Source: a virus
Taxonomy: Duplodnaviria > Caudoviricetes
DNA length: 37,234 nt
Virus record (IMG/VR): IMGVR_UViG_3300042262_000164
Span: 1 to 37,234 of that record
Strand: one strand, 5' to 3'
In this document: piece after piece, positions 18,568-28,200 of the stretch
How the letters are laid out: every line of letters begins with the position of its first letter
How positions within the stretch are numbered: position 1 is the first letter of the stretch
Made by a program: the position numbers and the translations under genes
The notes under the pieces: model-generated
Seen by the model: the letters and a program-made list of their open reading frames with translations, nothing else
Told to the model about the DNA's origin: nothing
Databases searched by the model: none

Positions 18568-19247
18568 CAGGCGCCCTCCTGGTTCCAATGCGCGAGGATC
18601 GCCCGCGCAAGGTTTTCCGAGGCGCCGCGCGCGGACCGATCGAGATCGAGCCGCTTGCGGAGCCTCGCGCGCGGCAGCATCAGGAACACCGGAACGGTGG
18701 CGGCGCCGGTCAGCATGCCGTCCTTGCGCCGCCGCCCACGCTTCTGGAGCGCCGAGCCGTCCTTATTGAGCCGCGCGTCATCGGCGACGAGCAGCGACGG
18801 GCGGCCGCGCCGGAAGACGAAGCGCAGCCGGATCCCGGTGCGTTGCTCCCAGATGCCGGGCGTGAGCCGTCCGCGCCGTCCATTGCCCGCGACCGGTCCG
18901 GCGGCGGGCAGCGGGATCGCGAGCCAGAAGCCGAGCTGGCTCCGGATCAGCGCGCCGCGATCGAAGGCATCGATCACATCGGCGGCGCTCGCGGTCGGCT
19001 TGCGGTTCGGCTGGGCGTAGACCAGCGCGGCGGCGCCGAGCGACTTGCCACCGGCCGGATAGCCCCGGAGCCGGACCGCGTTCGCCAGCCGCCGCCCGAG
19101 CCCGGCGCTGGTCACCGCGCCGCGCCAGGCCGTTTTCACCGATGCGCCGACCTCTCGGACGCCGGCGGTGACCGCCGCCTCGGCGGCGCGGATCTCCGTC
19201 TCGGCGATCTCGGCGAGCGACCCATCGATCTCGACGATGAGCCTCAC
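18567..19247 (-). CDS. DUF6441-like neck/tail-completion protein
   Basis: Basic; AGLGRRLAN, GFWLAIP, LRFVFRRGRPSLLVAD; synteny. Confidence 0.72.
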   Translation of the reverse strand: MRLIVEIDGSLAEIAETEIRAAEAAVTAGVREVGASVKTAWRGAVTSAGLGRRLANAVRLRGYPAGGKSLGAAALVYAQPNRKPTASAADVIDAFDRGALIRSQLGFWLAIPLPAAGPVAGNGRRGRLTPGIWEQRTGIRLRFVFRRGRPSLLVADDARLNKDGSALQKRGRRRKDGMLTGAATVPVFLMLPRARLRKRLDLDRSARGASENLARAILAHWNQEGA

Positions 19248-19561
19248 CGGACCCGCGCCTCGGCGCGCCAGGTGAGCGCGAGATCGTCACGCTTCGGCGC
19301 GCCCGTCACCTCGAGCACCGCGCCGTCTTCGAGCGCGAACGTGTCGCCCCGCGCCAGCGTCGGCGCCTCCGCGACGCGCACGTCGATCAGCACCGCGCCG
19401 ACGACGAGGCGGGTCTCGCGCCAGTCCAGGTCGCGATCCGGCTCGGCCGTGAGGATCCGCACCGCGACGCCGGCGCCGGAACCGCTGGCGCGCCACACCG
19501 CGTCGCGCGCGAGGTTTGGATCCTGGAACAGCAAGTCGTTGGCATCGACAAATGCGGACAT
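19244..19561 (-). CDS. Head-tail joining (head closure) protein
   Basis: 105 aa directly after the capsid gene; LFQDPNLARDA.W, beta-rich. Confidence 0.75.
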   Translation of the reverse strand: MSAFVDANDLLFQDPNLARDAVWRASGSGAGVAVRILTAEPDRDLDWRETRLVVGAVLIDVRVAEAPTLARGDTFALEDGAVLEVTGAPKRDDLALTWRAEARVR

Positions 19562-19570
19562 CGGCGGACC

Positions 19571-20593
19571 TCAGTTCGAGGATATCAGGCGGATCGCGAG
19601 GCGCGGCCGCTTGTTGACCGGCAGGATGTTGGATTCGGTCATTAGGTCGATCCAGCGGCCCTTCGGCTCGGTCATCTGCCGGGCGTAGATCGGCTGACCG
19701 AGGGTGTTCGCGGTCTCGAGCAGGTTCGCCGGGGCGCCATAGGTCCGGAATGTGTCCATGGTGCCGAGCGGGAAGGCGATGCCTTCGCCGGCCGGGATCA
19801 GCCGCTCGGTGGTGCCGCCGAACAACGTCACCGCGCCCCGGTATTCCTCGAATAGGATGCCCGAGAACGGGAAGGCACGGCGCATGTCCTCGCGGAGCGG
19901 ATTGCCGTTCGCCGAGGTAAAGTACTTGTAGGCCTCCTCGACCTTCGGGTGGGCGATGAGCTTGTCGAAGAACTCGGGGCTGACCAGCGCGAGCACGCTC
20001 GTCGCACTTTCGCCCTTCAGCTCGTCCTCGATGTCGCGGGTGACCTCGCGGCATTTGCCCTGGACGTTGGTGGCGGCGGTGCCGAACACGAAGTCGACGC
20101 TGATCTGGGCGAGGCCGAACTCGGTGAAATAGTTGTAGAGCGTCGCCCCGGCGCCGTCCTTGACGATGCCCCGGAGCGCGTTCACCTCCATGTATTCCCG
20201 CGTCTGGGCGTGCTTGCGCCGCATCAGCGTGAGCTTGCGGGTCATCACAGCCGCCAGCGTGTCGGGCTCGTTCGATCCGAGCGCCGGCTGGCCCTGGATG
20301 TCGCCGGCGGTGATCGCGTCGTCATGCGGCACATGCGGAAGGGCGAAGGAGCGCAGCGAGCGGCGCTCGCGGCCGCCGACGGTCGACGGCGCGCCCCAGG
20401 GCACCGAGGGGAGCAGCGAAAGCACGCCCTCGAACTGCTCGATGATCACCGAGCGCTGGGTGACGCCCTCGAACTCGAAGAGCCCAAGCTGGCCGAGCCG
20501 GGTGTAGAGATTGGGAAGGATGTTGATCGCCTCGGTCATCTCGGCGAGCGAATACCCGCCCGCGTCGAACGGATTGCGAATGACGCCGGTCAT
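19571..20593 (-). CDS. Major capsid protein (lambda gpE family)
   Basis: MTEAINILPN, TREY...NALRG, ESNILPVNKRP. Confidence 0.92.
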   Translation of the reverse strand: MTGVIRNPFDAGGYSLAEMTEAINILPNLYTRLGQLGLFEFEGVTQRSVIIEQFEGVLSLLPSVPWGAPSTVGGRERRSLRSFALPHVPHDDAITAGDIQGQPALGSNEPDTLAAVMTRKLTLMRRKHAQTREYMEVNALRGIVKDGAGATLYNYFTEFGLAQISVDFVFGTAATNVQGKCREVTRDIEDELKGESATSVLALVSPEFFDKLIAHPKVEEAYKYFTSANGNPLREDMRRAFPFSGILFEEYRGAVTLFGGTTERLIPAGEGIAFPLGTMDTFRTYGAPANLLETANTLGQPIYARQMTEPKGRWIDLMTESNILPVNKRPRLAIRLISSN

Positions 20594-20639
20594 TGTCTGC
20601 TCCTGGAATAGGGGATGGGGCGCGGCCTTGGCCGCTGGG

Positions 20640-21029
20640 TCAGGCGGTGGCGCGGGCCACGATGCCGAGCGTGGTGAGCTGGGCGATCTTCGTGGCCCGC
20701 GCAGGCGCCGTGACGACGCTGGCGTGGTAGACGAGCGCGTCCGTCGCGACGATCGCCGGGCCGCGCTTCACCACCACGCCGGCGCGGTCTCCGGATGTGG
20801 CGTCGACCGCGTCGATCAGCACGGCAGCCGCCTCCTCGGCGCCCACGAGGCCCGCGGTCTCCGCCGCCGGGGAGAGCGCGTATTTGCCGGTGGCGGTGAT
20901 CTGGCCGAGCACGGAGCCGAGGTCGTAGTCGGCGCCCGCGAGCAGCGTGACGACCTCGCGGGTATAGTTCTTGTCGAGGTCGAACTTCAGCAGGTCGCCC
21001 TCGGTTGGTCCCTTCAGCAGGGGTGCCAT
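20640..21029 (-). CDS. Head decoration protein (lambda gpD-like)
   Basis: GDLLKFD...YTREVVTL..G....GSVLG, RGPAIV, AQL..LGIVAR; between protease and capsid. Confidence 0.88.
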   Translation of the reverse strand: MAPLLKGPTEGDLLKFDLDKNYTREVVTLLAGADYDLGSVLGQITATGKYALSPAAETAGLVGAEEAAAVLIDAVDATSGDRAGVVVKRGPAIVATDALVYHASVVTAPARATKIAQLTTLGIVARATA

Positions 21030-21057
21030 GGTTCAGTCCTTTCGGAGGATGGGAAGA

Positions 21058-21444
21058 TCAGCGCCGCGCGGCGGCGGATTTGCGCGCGGCGGCGACGATG
21101 GGGCTTTCCGCCGCGACGCGGACCGGGTGGGCGGTGCTAACGGCGGCCTCCTCCGAGCGCGCCGCGAGGCGCGACATGACGCTGGCGCGCAGCGCATCCG
21201 CCGAGGTGCCATTCCGGATCGCTCCCGCCAGGTCGATGGTGACGCCGAGCGCGCTCGCCTGCGCCGCCACCTCGGCCAGCGCCGTCGCCTGCGCGACCGG
21301 GATGGTCGCCGCCCCGCTCGCGGCTTCGCTCGCCGCGAGCGGGGGCGGCGGCGTGTCCTCGCGCTGTTCTTCCGCAGTAGGGGTGGGGGCTGGCGGCTCG
21401 ATGTCCGGCGCCGGCTCGGCGTCGGAACTGGTCTGGCTCGACAT
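21058..21444 (-). CDS. Putative nested in-frame scaffolding protein (lambda Nu3-like)
   Basis: Internal ATG (MSSQTSSDAE) preceded by AAGGAG at 6-nt spacing; acidic/Pro-rich then helical. Confidence 0.6.
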   Translation of the reverse strand: MSSQTSSDAEPAPDIEPPAPTPTAEEQREDTPPPPLAASEAASGAATIPVAQATALAEVAAQASALGVTIDLAGAIRNGTSADALRASVMSRLAARSEEAAVSTAHPVRVAAESPIVAAARKSAAARR

Positions 21445-22413
21445 TGTCGTCTCCTTTTCTTTGGCGCCGGCCGGAGCGCCGTTGCTGGTGATCGTCGCGC
21501 GGCCGTTGACCTCCGCCACGAAGGCGGCGAAGGCCGCGCGCGGATCGGCGACCTCGTCGGCGAGCCCGGCCGCGACCGCCTCCGCGCCACCGAGGCAGGC
21601 CGCCTCGGTCGCAAGCGCCGCGCGCGCGGTGAGGCGCTCGCCCCGGCCGGCGGCGACGGTCTCGGCGAAGATCGCGCGCAAGGTGTCAACCCGGGCCTGC
21701 CAATCGGCGCGAACCTCATCTGGTAGCGGGCCATAGGGATGGCCATCGGTCTTGCGCGCGCCGGACTGGATCAGCGTCACCGCGATCCCATCCATCTCGA
21801 GCGCCGCGCCGTAATCGACATGCATGGTCAAGACGCCGATCGAGCCGACCTCGCCGGTGCGCGGCAGGATGATCCGATCTGCCTGCGATGCGATCGCATA
21901 GCCGCCCGAAAGCGCGCTCTCGGCGACGAAGGCCTGGATCGGCTTCTCGGCCCGCGCGGCGCGGATCTGGTCGGCGAGATCGAAGCAACCCGCCGCCTCG
22001 CCGCCGAAGCTGTCGATCTCCAGCGCGATGCCGAGCACGCTCGCATCGGTCCGCGCCGCGTCGATCGCCTCGCGCAGCCGCTCGTAGGAAGTGACGCCGG
22101 AGCCTTCGAGCCACGACCCGCGATGCACCAGCGAGCCAGTGACCTCGATCAGCGCCACGCCGTCGATCACCGGATAGAGCCGGTCGCCGCGCGCGAGGCG
22201 CCGCCGGCCGGACCCGCCGTCGATCACCGAGACGCGCGGGCCGGTGCGCGCCGCCCGCGCGATGCGCTCCTCAGGCGCCTCGCTGGCGGGCAGAACGAGC
22301 CTACCGCCGAGCACCCGCGCGCCGAGGCCGGCGAGGAAGGCCTGCGCCTTCGAAGGATCGAACAGCAGTGGCGTGTTGAACGCGCGCTGCGCGATCCGAA
22401 GATGAGCGCTCAT
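21058..22413 (-). CDS. S49 family prohead protease (lambda gpC-like) with C-terminal scaffold
   Basis: LEIDSFGGE, ALSGGYAIASQA, GEVGSIGV, KTDGHP. Confidence 0.9.
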   Translation of the reverse strand: MSAHLRIAQRAFNTPLLFDPSKAQAFLAGLGARVLGGRLVLPASEAPEERIARAARTGPRVSVIDGGSGRRRLARGDRLYPVIDGVALIEVTGSLVHRGSWLEGSGVTSYERLREAIDAARTDASVLGIALEIDSFGGEAAGCFDLADQIRAARAEKPIQAFVAESALSGGYAIASQADRIILPRTGEVGSIGVLTMHVDYGAALEMDGIAVTLIQSGARKTDGHPYGPLPDEVRADWQARVDTLRAIFAETVAAGRGERLTARAALATEAACLGGAEAVAAGLADEVADPRAAFAAFVAEVNGRATITSNGAPAGAKEKETTMSSQTSSDAEPAPDIEPPAPTPTAEEQREDTPPPPLAASEAASGAATIPVAQATALAEVAAQASALGVTIDLAGAIRNGTSADALRASVMSRLAARSEEAAVSTAHPVRVAAESPIVAAARKSAAARR

Positions 22414-23948
22414 GCCGCCTCGCTTTCGGGAGGCGCGTCCTCCCGGGTGTCTTCTCTGCTCTGGTCGTCCTCGGACGCCGCGCCTTCTCCCTCTAATGAC
22501 GCGGCGTCCTCACGACCTCCCGCCGGCGCGGCGCCGGCGGACCCGCGCGCGAACGCCAGGCCGAGCCGCTTCTCGCGCGCCCGGTCAGCGGCGATCTGGT
22601 TGTCGGTCTCCTCGGCGTCGTAGCCGCGCTCCGAGATCGCCTGGGAACGCGACTTCAGCCCGGCCTCGATCTGCAGGATCTCGGCGTTGATGTCCTTCTG
22701 CGGATCGACCCAGTCCCAGCGCGGCGGCAGCCAGGCGCAGGCGAGGTATTCGCGCCGCCGCCGCGCGTAGCCGGGCAGGGAGATCGCGCCCGAGAGCACC
22801 GCGAGGTCGAGGAACCGCTGCCAGACCGGCCGGCAGAACTGGAACACCAGGACACTGTGCTGGAAGGCGGTGACGCGGCGGCGAAACTCCATCAGCATCA
22901 GCCGCGCGTTCGAGAAGTTGGCCTTGTTGATGTCGCCGGTGACGAAGGCATAGGGGATGCCCAGCGCCGCGCAGACCTGCAGCAGCGTGCGGTATTGGAA
23001 CGGCTCATAGGTCGAGCCCGAGTCCGCCGGATCGGTCACCTTCACATCCTCGCCGTCCTCGAGGCGCAGGATCGCCCCGGGCGAGAGCTGCAGCATGTCC
23101 TCCTCGAGCGAGCCCGCGCCCTCCGCCGGCTCCTTCGGCGCCATGTCATCGCCGAGCGACGAGGTGACGAAGAGCGCGTAGAGCGCCGCGACCTTCTTCC
23201 GGTCCAGCTCGGCGTCGTCGTACTGATCGAGCAGGAACATCTTCACGATCGCCGCCGAGAACCGCGACACGCCCCGGATCTGCCCCGGCTCGGCCGCGTC
23301 GATCAGATGCACGACCTCCTCGGCTGGCACTCGCGTCGTCTCGCCGGCTGCCCCGGCGCCCGACGACACATCGGAAGGATGCCTCCGCCAGAAGTGATAG
23401 GCGACGCGCCGGCCGAGCGCGTCGAACTCGATGCCCTGGCGGATCTCACCCGCGCCCAGCGCCTCGGTCTTCTCCATCGACAGCATCTCCGAGGGCAGCA
23501 CCTGGAGCTGCAGCGGCACCGCGAACCCGTCGCCCGGCCGGCGGAAGCGAAACCGGACGAAACACTCGCCGGCGATGAAGAGCTCGCGGGCGATCCGGCG
23601 CTGGATGCCGTAGAAGTCGGTGAGCCCCTCGGCATCGGCTTCGTCGGTCCAGTCGAGCCAGAGACGCTGCAGCTTCTCCTTGGTGCGCGCCGCCTTGATC
23701 AGCGATTGCGGCTTGATCCCGTCGCCGACGGCGTTCGCCGCCCAGCTCTCGACCGCGTTCGCGGCATAGCCGTTGTTGCGCACGAGAAAGCGCGCCCGCG
23801 CCCGCATTTCGGGCCCGGCCTGGCCGAGCAGCACGTTTAAATGCGCGCGCGATGGCGCGAAGCCACGCAGACGCCGGTGCCCGGCGGCGCCCTCGAAGCC
23901 GCCGAGCCAAGCCCCGACGCGGCGGCGGAAAGTCGTGAGCCCGCCCAT
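22410..23948 (-). CDS. Portal protein (lambda family)
   Basis: Start MGGLTTFRRR at 23948; RARARFLVRNNGYA, QIRGVS, NFSNAR, WDWVDPQKD. Confidence 0.92.
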   Translation of the reverse strand: MGGLTTFRRRVGAWLGGFEGAAGHRRLRGFAPSRAHLNVLLGQAGPEMRARARFLVRNNGYAANAVESWAANAVGDGIKPQSLIKAARTKEKLQRLWLDWTDEADAEGLTDFYGIQRRIARELFIAGECFVRFRFRRPGDGFAVPLQLQVLPSEMLSMEKTEALGAGEIRQGIEFDALGRRVAYHFWRRHPSDVSSGAGAAGETTRVPAEEVVHLIDAAEPGQIRGVSRFSAAIVKMFLLDQYDDAELDRKKVAALYALFVTSSLGDDMAPKEPAEGAGSLEEDMLQLSPGAILRLEDGEDVKVTDPADSGSTYEPFQYRTLLQVCAALGIPYAFVTGDINKANFSNARLMLMEFRRRVTAFQHSVLVFQFCRPVWQRFLDLAVLSGAISLPGYARRRREYLACAWLPPRWDWVDPQKDINAEILQIEAGLKSRSQAISERGYDAEETDNQIAADRAREKRLGLAFARGSAGAAPAGGREDAASLEGEGAASEDDQSREDTREDAPPESEAA

Positions 23949-23949
23949 C

Positions 23950-24177
23950 TCAGAGGTCTCGCACCGCGTAGGGGCGGAGCACGCGGCTGCGGCGCCGGCC
24001 GGAAGCCGCCGCCTCGGCATCGGCGATCTGCTTCTCCAGCGCGCTGATCGCCGCGGCGAATTCCGCGTCCGTCCCATAGCGTACGCGCCGGCCGTCGGAG
24101 AACTGCACCTCGCGCGTGCCGGCGTAGCGCGCGGCCCGGAGCTTGCCGAGCCGCGCCGTCATTTCTTGATACGTCAT
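23950..24177 (-). CDS. Head-tail adaptor (lambda gpW-like)
   Basis: 75 aa between terL and portal; GTREVQFSDGRRVRY. Confidence 0.8.
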   Translation of the reverse strand: MTYQEMTARLGKLRAARYAGTREVQFSDGRRVRYGTDAEFAAAISALEKQIADAEAAASGRRRSRVLRPYAVRDL

Positions 24178-24180
24178 GGA

Positions 24181-26157
24181 TCACCCCACATAGGCCGACG
24201 CGTAGGAGCGTCGGCGTCGCGTCCCCGGCACCACCGGACGTCCGGCGGGCCGCGTCTTGGCATCTGCTTCGTCTTCGGGCGGCCGGAGCTGGTCCTCGAG
24301 CGCCGCCCAGCGCGCGTCGTCCCAGCGGTCCATACCCATCAGCCAGGCGGCCGCGCGGGCGTAGACCCGGTTGTCGAGCGCCTCGTTGCGCTCGCGCGTC
24401 TTGTGCCATTCGAGCCGCGAGAAGCCCTTGCGGTCACGCTGGGTCATCAGCTGCTCGGAGGTGAGCTGGCGTACCCATTCCGAACTCGTCCCAAGTGGCA
24501 AATGGATGTAGCCCGGCGGATAGCCGGATCCCGCCGCCTGCTCCTCGTCGGTCGGCGGGTTAAGCCGCGCCCAGCGGTAGGTCTCGGACTTGAAGACCGC
24601 GCCCGACACCTTCCAGAGCCGCACGCCACGCCGGAGCTTCTTCCCGCCGATCGAGACCTCGACATAGGTCGGCCCATCGACCGGGGTCGAGCGGTCGAAG
24701 CCGGACACACCCTTGATCGCCACCACCTGGCCCTGGCCCATCGCGCGAACCCAGGCGTAGACCTCGTTGGTGAACTCGCCGTCGCCGGTGTCGACGCAGA
24801 CCCGCGCGAGCGACATCGGCACGCCGGAGGCATGTGGCCAGGTCCGGCCGAGCAGCGCGCTGGCCGCCGCCCAGACCTCCGGCTCGCCCGGGCGGCCGTC
24901 GAGCACGATGTGCTCCACGAGCCAGGATTCGAGCCCGCGCCCCCAGGCCCAGATATCGGCCTCGATCCGGTCACGCTGCACGTCGATCCCGGCGGTCAGG
25001 ATCAGCCCACCCTCCGGCACGCTGCCGTAAGCGAAGGGCTCGCGGCGCTCGTAGAGCCGCTGCCAGTCCGGCGCCTCGCCCTTCACCTGCCAGGTCTCGC
25101 CGAGCACGGTGTTGCGGAAGGTCTTCAGCTCCGCGTCGTCACCCTGGACCTGCTCCCATTTGCGCGCCATCTCGGCCCAGGACAGCCAGCCGAGCGGCGA
25201 GTAGAGCCCGTTGATGTGGTAGCCGACCACGCCGCGCCGGCGCGCCTCCTCGATCTTCTCCGCCGGCGCGGTGGCGATCCAGCGCGCGCCGTTCGCCTCC
25301 GCCATAAAGGCGGTCTTGTGCCGCTCCTCGAAGAATCCTTCGCAGTGCAGGCAGAGATAGGCGGCGGTCTCTGGTTCGCCCCTGGTCCAGCGCAGGCGTT
25401 CGAACTCGAGATGCTGGAGCGCGCCGCAGAGCGGGCAGGGCACGTGGTAGCGCTGCTGGTCCGAGGCCTCGAACTCGCGCTCGATCCGCGACATCCCCTT
25501 GATCGTCGGCGTCGAGGCCAGGAACAGTTTCTTGCGGTGGCCGAACGAGATCGTCCGTGCCTCGGCGAGCGAGATCGGATCGCCTTCCTCGTCGACGTCG
25601 CCCGGATAGGCGTCGACCTCATCGAGGAACACCATGCGCGCCGGCATCGAGCGCAGGCCAACCGCGCTGTTCGCGCCCGCGAGGATCAATTGCCCGCCCT
25701 GGAACCGCTTCGACAGGATCGTGTTGCCCGAATCCCGAGACCGCGACGGCATGATCAGTTCGCGCAGCACCGGGCTGTCCTCGAACAGCGGATCGAGCCG
25801 CTGCTGCGACAGCCGCTTCGCCATGTCGACGGTGGGCTGCACCGCGAGGATCGGCGACGGCACCCGGTGCACGCAGTAGCCGATCCAGTTGTTGCCGACC
25901 TCGGTGGCACCCACCTGGGCCGACTTCATGAACACGACGCGCGAGGCCGGATGGCTCGGCGAGAGCGCGTCCATGATCGCCCGCATGTAAGGCGTCCGGG
26001 CGGTCCGATACGGACCCGCCTCGGACGCCGCCCGTGACGACAGGAGGCGATGCCGATCGGCCCATTCCGAGACCGTCAGCGACGGATCGGGTGCGAGGCC
26101 GCGCAGCCAGGCGCGGCGGATCTCGTTCGCGCCCTCGAAGCTCTCGGATACCGTCAC
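24181..26157 (-). CDS. terL: Terminase large subunit (lambda gpA family)
   Basis: GTG 26157 overlaps the terS stop; TVSEWAD, RTPY, KSAQVGAT, FLDEVD, ASTPT, GIDVQ, RNEALD. Confidence 0.93.
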   Translation of the reverse strand: MTVSESFEGANEIRRAWLRGLAPDPSLTVSEWADRHRLLSSRAASEAGPYRTARTPYMRAIMDALSPSHPASRVVFMKSAQVGATEVGNNWIGYCVHRVPSPILAVQPTVDMAKRLSQQRLDPLFEDSPVLRELIMPSRSRDSGNTILSKRFQGGQLILAGANSAVGLRSMPARMVFLDEVDAYPGDVDEEGDPISLAEARTISFGHRKKLFLASTPTIKGMSRIEREFEASDQQRYHVPCPLCGALQHLEFERLRWTRGEPETAAYLCLHCEGFFEERHKTAFMAEANGARWIATAPAEKIEEARRRGVVGYHINGLYSPLGWLSWAEMARKWEQVQGDDAELKTFRNTVLGETWQVKGEAPDWQRLYERREPFAYGSVPEGGLILTAGIDVQRDRIEADIWAWGRGLESWLVEHIVLDGRPGEPEVWAAASALLGRTWPHASGVPMSLARVCVDTGDGEFTNEVYAWVRAMGQGQVVAIKGVSGFDRSTPVDGPTYVEVSIGGKKLRRGVRLWKVSGAVFKSETYRWARLNPPTDEEQAAGSGYPPGYIHLPLGTSSEWVRQLTSEQLMTQRDRKGFSRLEWHKTRERNEALDNRVYARAAAWLMGMDRWDDARWAALEDQLRPPEDEADAKTRPAGRPVVPGTRRRRSYASAYVG

Positions 26158-26774
26158 CGCAACTCGATCCGGATCTCGGCCATCTCCATCAGATGCGCGC
26201 GCAGGTACTTGTCGAGCACCACCTCGACCTTGTGCGCGTCGACCCCGAGGTCGGCCGCCATGTTCGCAGCTACCCGGGGCGGCCAGTTCAGCCAGGCGTC
26301 GCGCTCCCGCCGCGCGAGGTCGAACACCGTCGCGACCGCGCGGGCGCGATCGACCAGCTCGCCCTTCATCTTCTGGAGCCGCACCTTCGAGGTCTGCGCC
26401 TTCAGCACCTCGTTTGCCATCCGCGCCTTCAGGAACGACATCTCGCCGCCATCGGCGCCGGGCATGTCGGGTGCCGGCCGTTCGCCGGCCTCGGTCAGCG
26501 TGTCGTTCACCGCCTCGATCGCCGCCTTCGGCACCGGCCGCATCTCGGTGGCCTTGGCACGCGCCGTCGCCTCGGCCGAGGCGGCCTGCGCGCTGCGCGC
26601 GTGCTGGCCGCGCTGCTTCGCCGGGTCGGTCTGCGACACCCATTCGAGATCGGCGCGGACGGGATCGATGGTCCCGTCCTCCTCCGGCGTGATCCGGCCC
26701 GAGGCGATCGCCTTGCGCACGGCGCTTTCGCTCACGCCGCGGTATTCGGCGTACTTCCGGCGCGAGAGGCCCAT
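26154..26774 (-). CDS. terS: Terminase small subunit (Nu1-like)
   Basis: MGLSRRKYAEYRGVSESAVRKAI winged-HTH start, KMKGELVDR; immediately upstream of terL. Confidence 0.82.
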   Translation of the reverse strand: MGLSRRKYAEYRGVSESAVRKAIASGRITPEEDGTIDPVRADLEWVSQTDPAKQRGQHARSAQAASAEATARAKATEMRPVPKAAIEAVNDTLTEAGERPAPDMPGADGGEMSFLKARMANEVLKAQTSKVRLQKMKGELVDRARAVATVFDLARRERDAWLNWPPRVAANMAADLGVDAHKVEVVLDKYLRAHLMEMAEIRIELR

Positions 26775-26921
26775 GGGGGATACCTTGTGTTCGGGGGTTG
26801 GTTGGCAGCCGACAGGCCAGAATTCTTCTTGCCCCAAGATGTTGAACCGATGCCGCGCCTATGGACTTCTCGTCGTTCACTGGGACAATTGCCCCAAAAA
26901 TTCTACTATCGGGGGATCATT

Positions 26922-28085
26922 GTGGGACTTCGCTACCGCCAGTCATTTCAGCTCTTCCCCGGGGTCCGGATCAACATCAGCAATAGCGGCATCAGCACCT
27001 CCCTCGGGGTGCCGGGTGCCACGGTAAACCTCAGTGCCCGGGGCGTGGCGTCGACCGTCGGCATTCCCGGGACCGGGCTTTCCTATTCCGCTCGTTTGCC
27101 CACTGCCTTCGTCCCGCCGCCGGTCCATCCACGCCAGGAGCCCACCTTCCTTCCAGAGCCGAAACTTTCTCGACCGGACCAGCCAAACATCTGGATCCCA
27201 CAGCCCGGCATGCGCGCCATTGCCAGCAATTCTGTGGAATCCCTGACGAGTGAGTCTCTCCTTGATCTTCGCGACATGCTCGTCGCCGCTCGGCGCCAGC
27301 GAACGGAGGTCGATTGCGACCTCTGTGACGCGCGGCAGCTTCTGTCTGGCCGACAGCAGGAACTCGAACGACGACGGGGAAGCCTCTTCCGCTGGTTTTA
27401 CAAGAAGCGAATCGGAGCCCTTGAGGCCGAGGTCCCGACGATCGCGGCGGAGGTAGATCGCCTCGCTGGCTGGTCCACACAGACGGTCATTAAATTGGAT
27501 TTCGAGGGGACCGAACCGGCTCGAGCAGCCTACGCCGTGCTCGTTCGAGCGTTCTCAGCGCTAACCTCTTCGAGCAAGCAGTGGGACCTGACATCCGACC
27601 GCGATACCGATCGCGTAAGGGAGCGTACCGTCGCCAACCGGTCGATCGAACGCCATCCCATCCGCGTAGAGTTTGCCAGGAGCGACCTGGTCGAATTCGA
27701 CGGGCAGGCAATGCGGTTCGAAAACCACAACGGTGAGGACATCTACCTCTACCCCGGAATCGCCCTGATGCCCCGCGCCGACGGCGCCTTTGCCCTCATC
27801 GACATTCGCGAGATCGACCTCGAAGCAGACGGCATACGGTTTCACGAGGACGAGGGAGTCCCGCCTGACGCCGAAGTTCTCGGCAACACGTGGGCCAAGG
27901 CAAACAAGGACGGCTCGCCCGACAGGCGCTTCGCCGACAACTACGCGATCCCGATCTGCGCCTACGGTCTGGTCGCCTTTCGCTCGTCCGGGGGCATCCG
28001 AGAGGAGTATATGTTTTCGAACTGGCGTGCCACGGAAGCGTTCGCCATGGCATTCGTCTCCTACCAGGAGGCCTTGAGGCAGTAG
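26922..28085 (+). CDS. DUF4236-domain protein (about 387 aa), moron
   Basis: GTG 26922 gives MGLRYRQSFQLFPGVRINISNSGISTSLG...TVGIPGTGLSY; coiled coil; C-terminal WAKANKDGSPDRRFADN. Confidence 0.8.
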   Translation: MGLRYRQSFQLFPGVRINISNSGISTSLGVPGATVNLSARGVASTVGIPGTGLSYSARLPTAFVPPPVHPRQEPTFLPEPKLSRPDQPNIWIPQPGMRAIASNSVESLTSESLLDLRDMLVAARRQRTEVDCDLCDARQLLSGRQQELERRRGSLFRWFYKKRIGALEAEVPTIAAEVDRLAGWSTQTVIKLDFEGTEPARAAYAVLVRAFSALTSSSKQWDLTSDRDTDRVRERTVANRSIERHPIRVEFARSDLVEFDGQAMRFENHNGEDIYLYPGIALMPRADGAFALIDIREIDLEADGIRFHEDEGVPPDAEVLGNTWAKANKDGSPDRRFADNYAIPICAYGLVAFRSSGGIREEYMFSNWRATEAFAMAFVSYQEALRQ

Positions 28086-28200
28086 GTTATTGCCATGTTT
28101 ATTCTTTTTGACCAAGAAATACCTACGGTCTGATGAGTAGTTATCGTTTATTTTTTCTCGCGCCTCCGAATTATATCCGGATAAACTAGGAAGAAAACAG

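Noticed and set aside
26034-26921. Apparent 683-aa DUF4236 ORF and 899-aa terL ORF
   Set aside because: Both extensions overlap terS; motif-supported starts are 26922 (+) and 26157 (-)
28128-28200. CTGATGAG resembling a hammerhead ribozyme core
   Set aside because: No stem II followed by GAAA and no flanking stems could be paired
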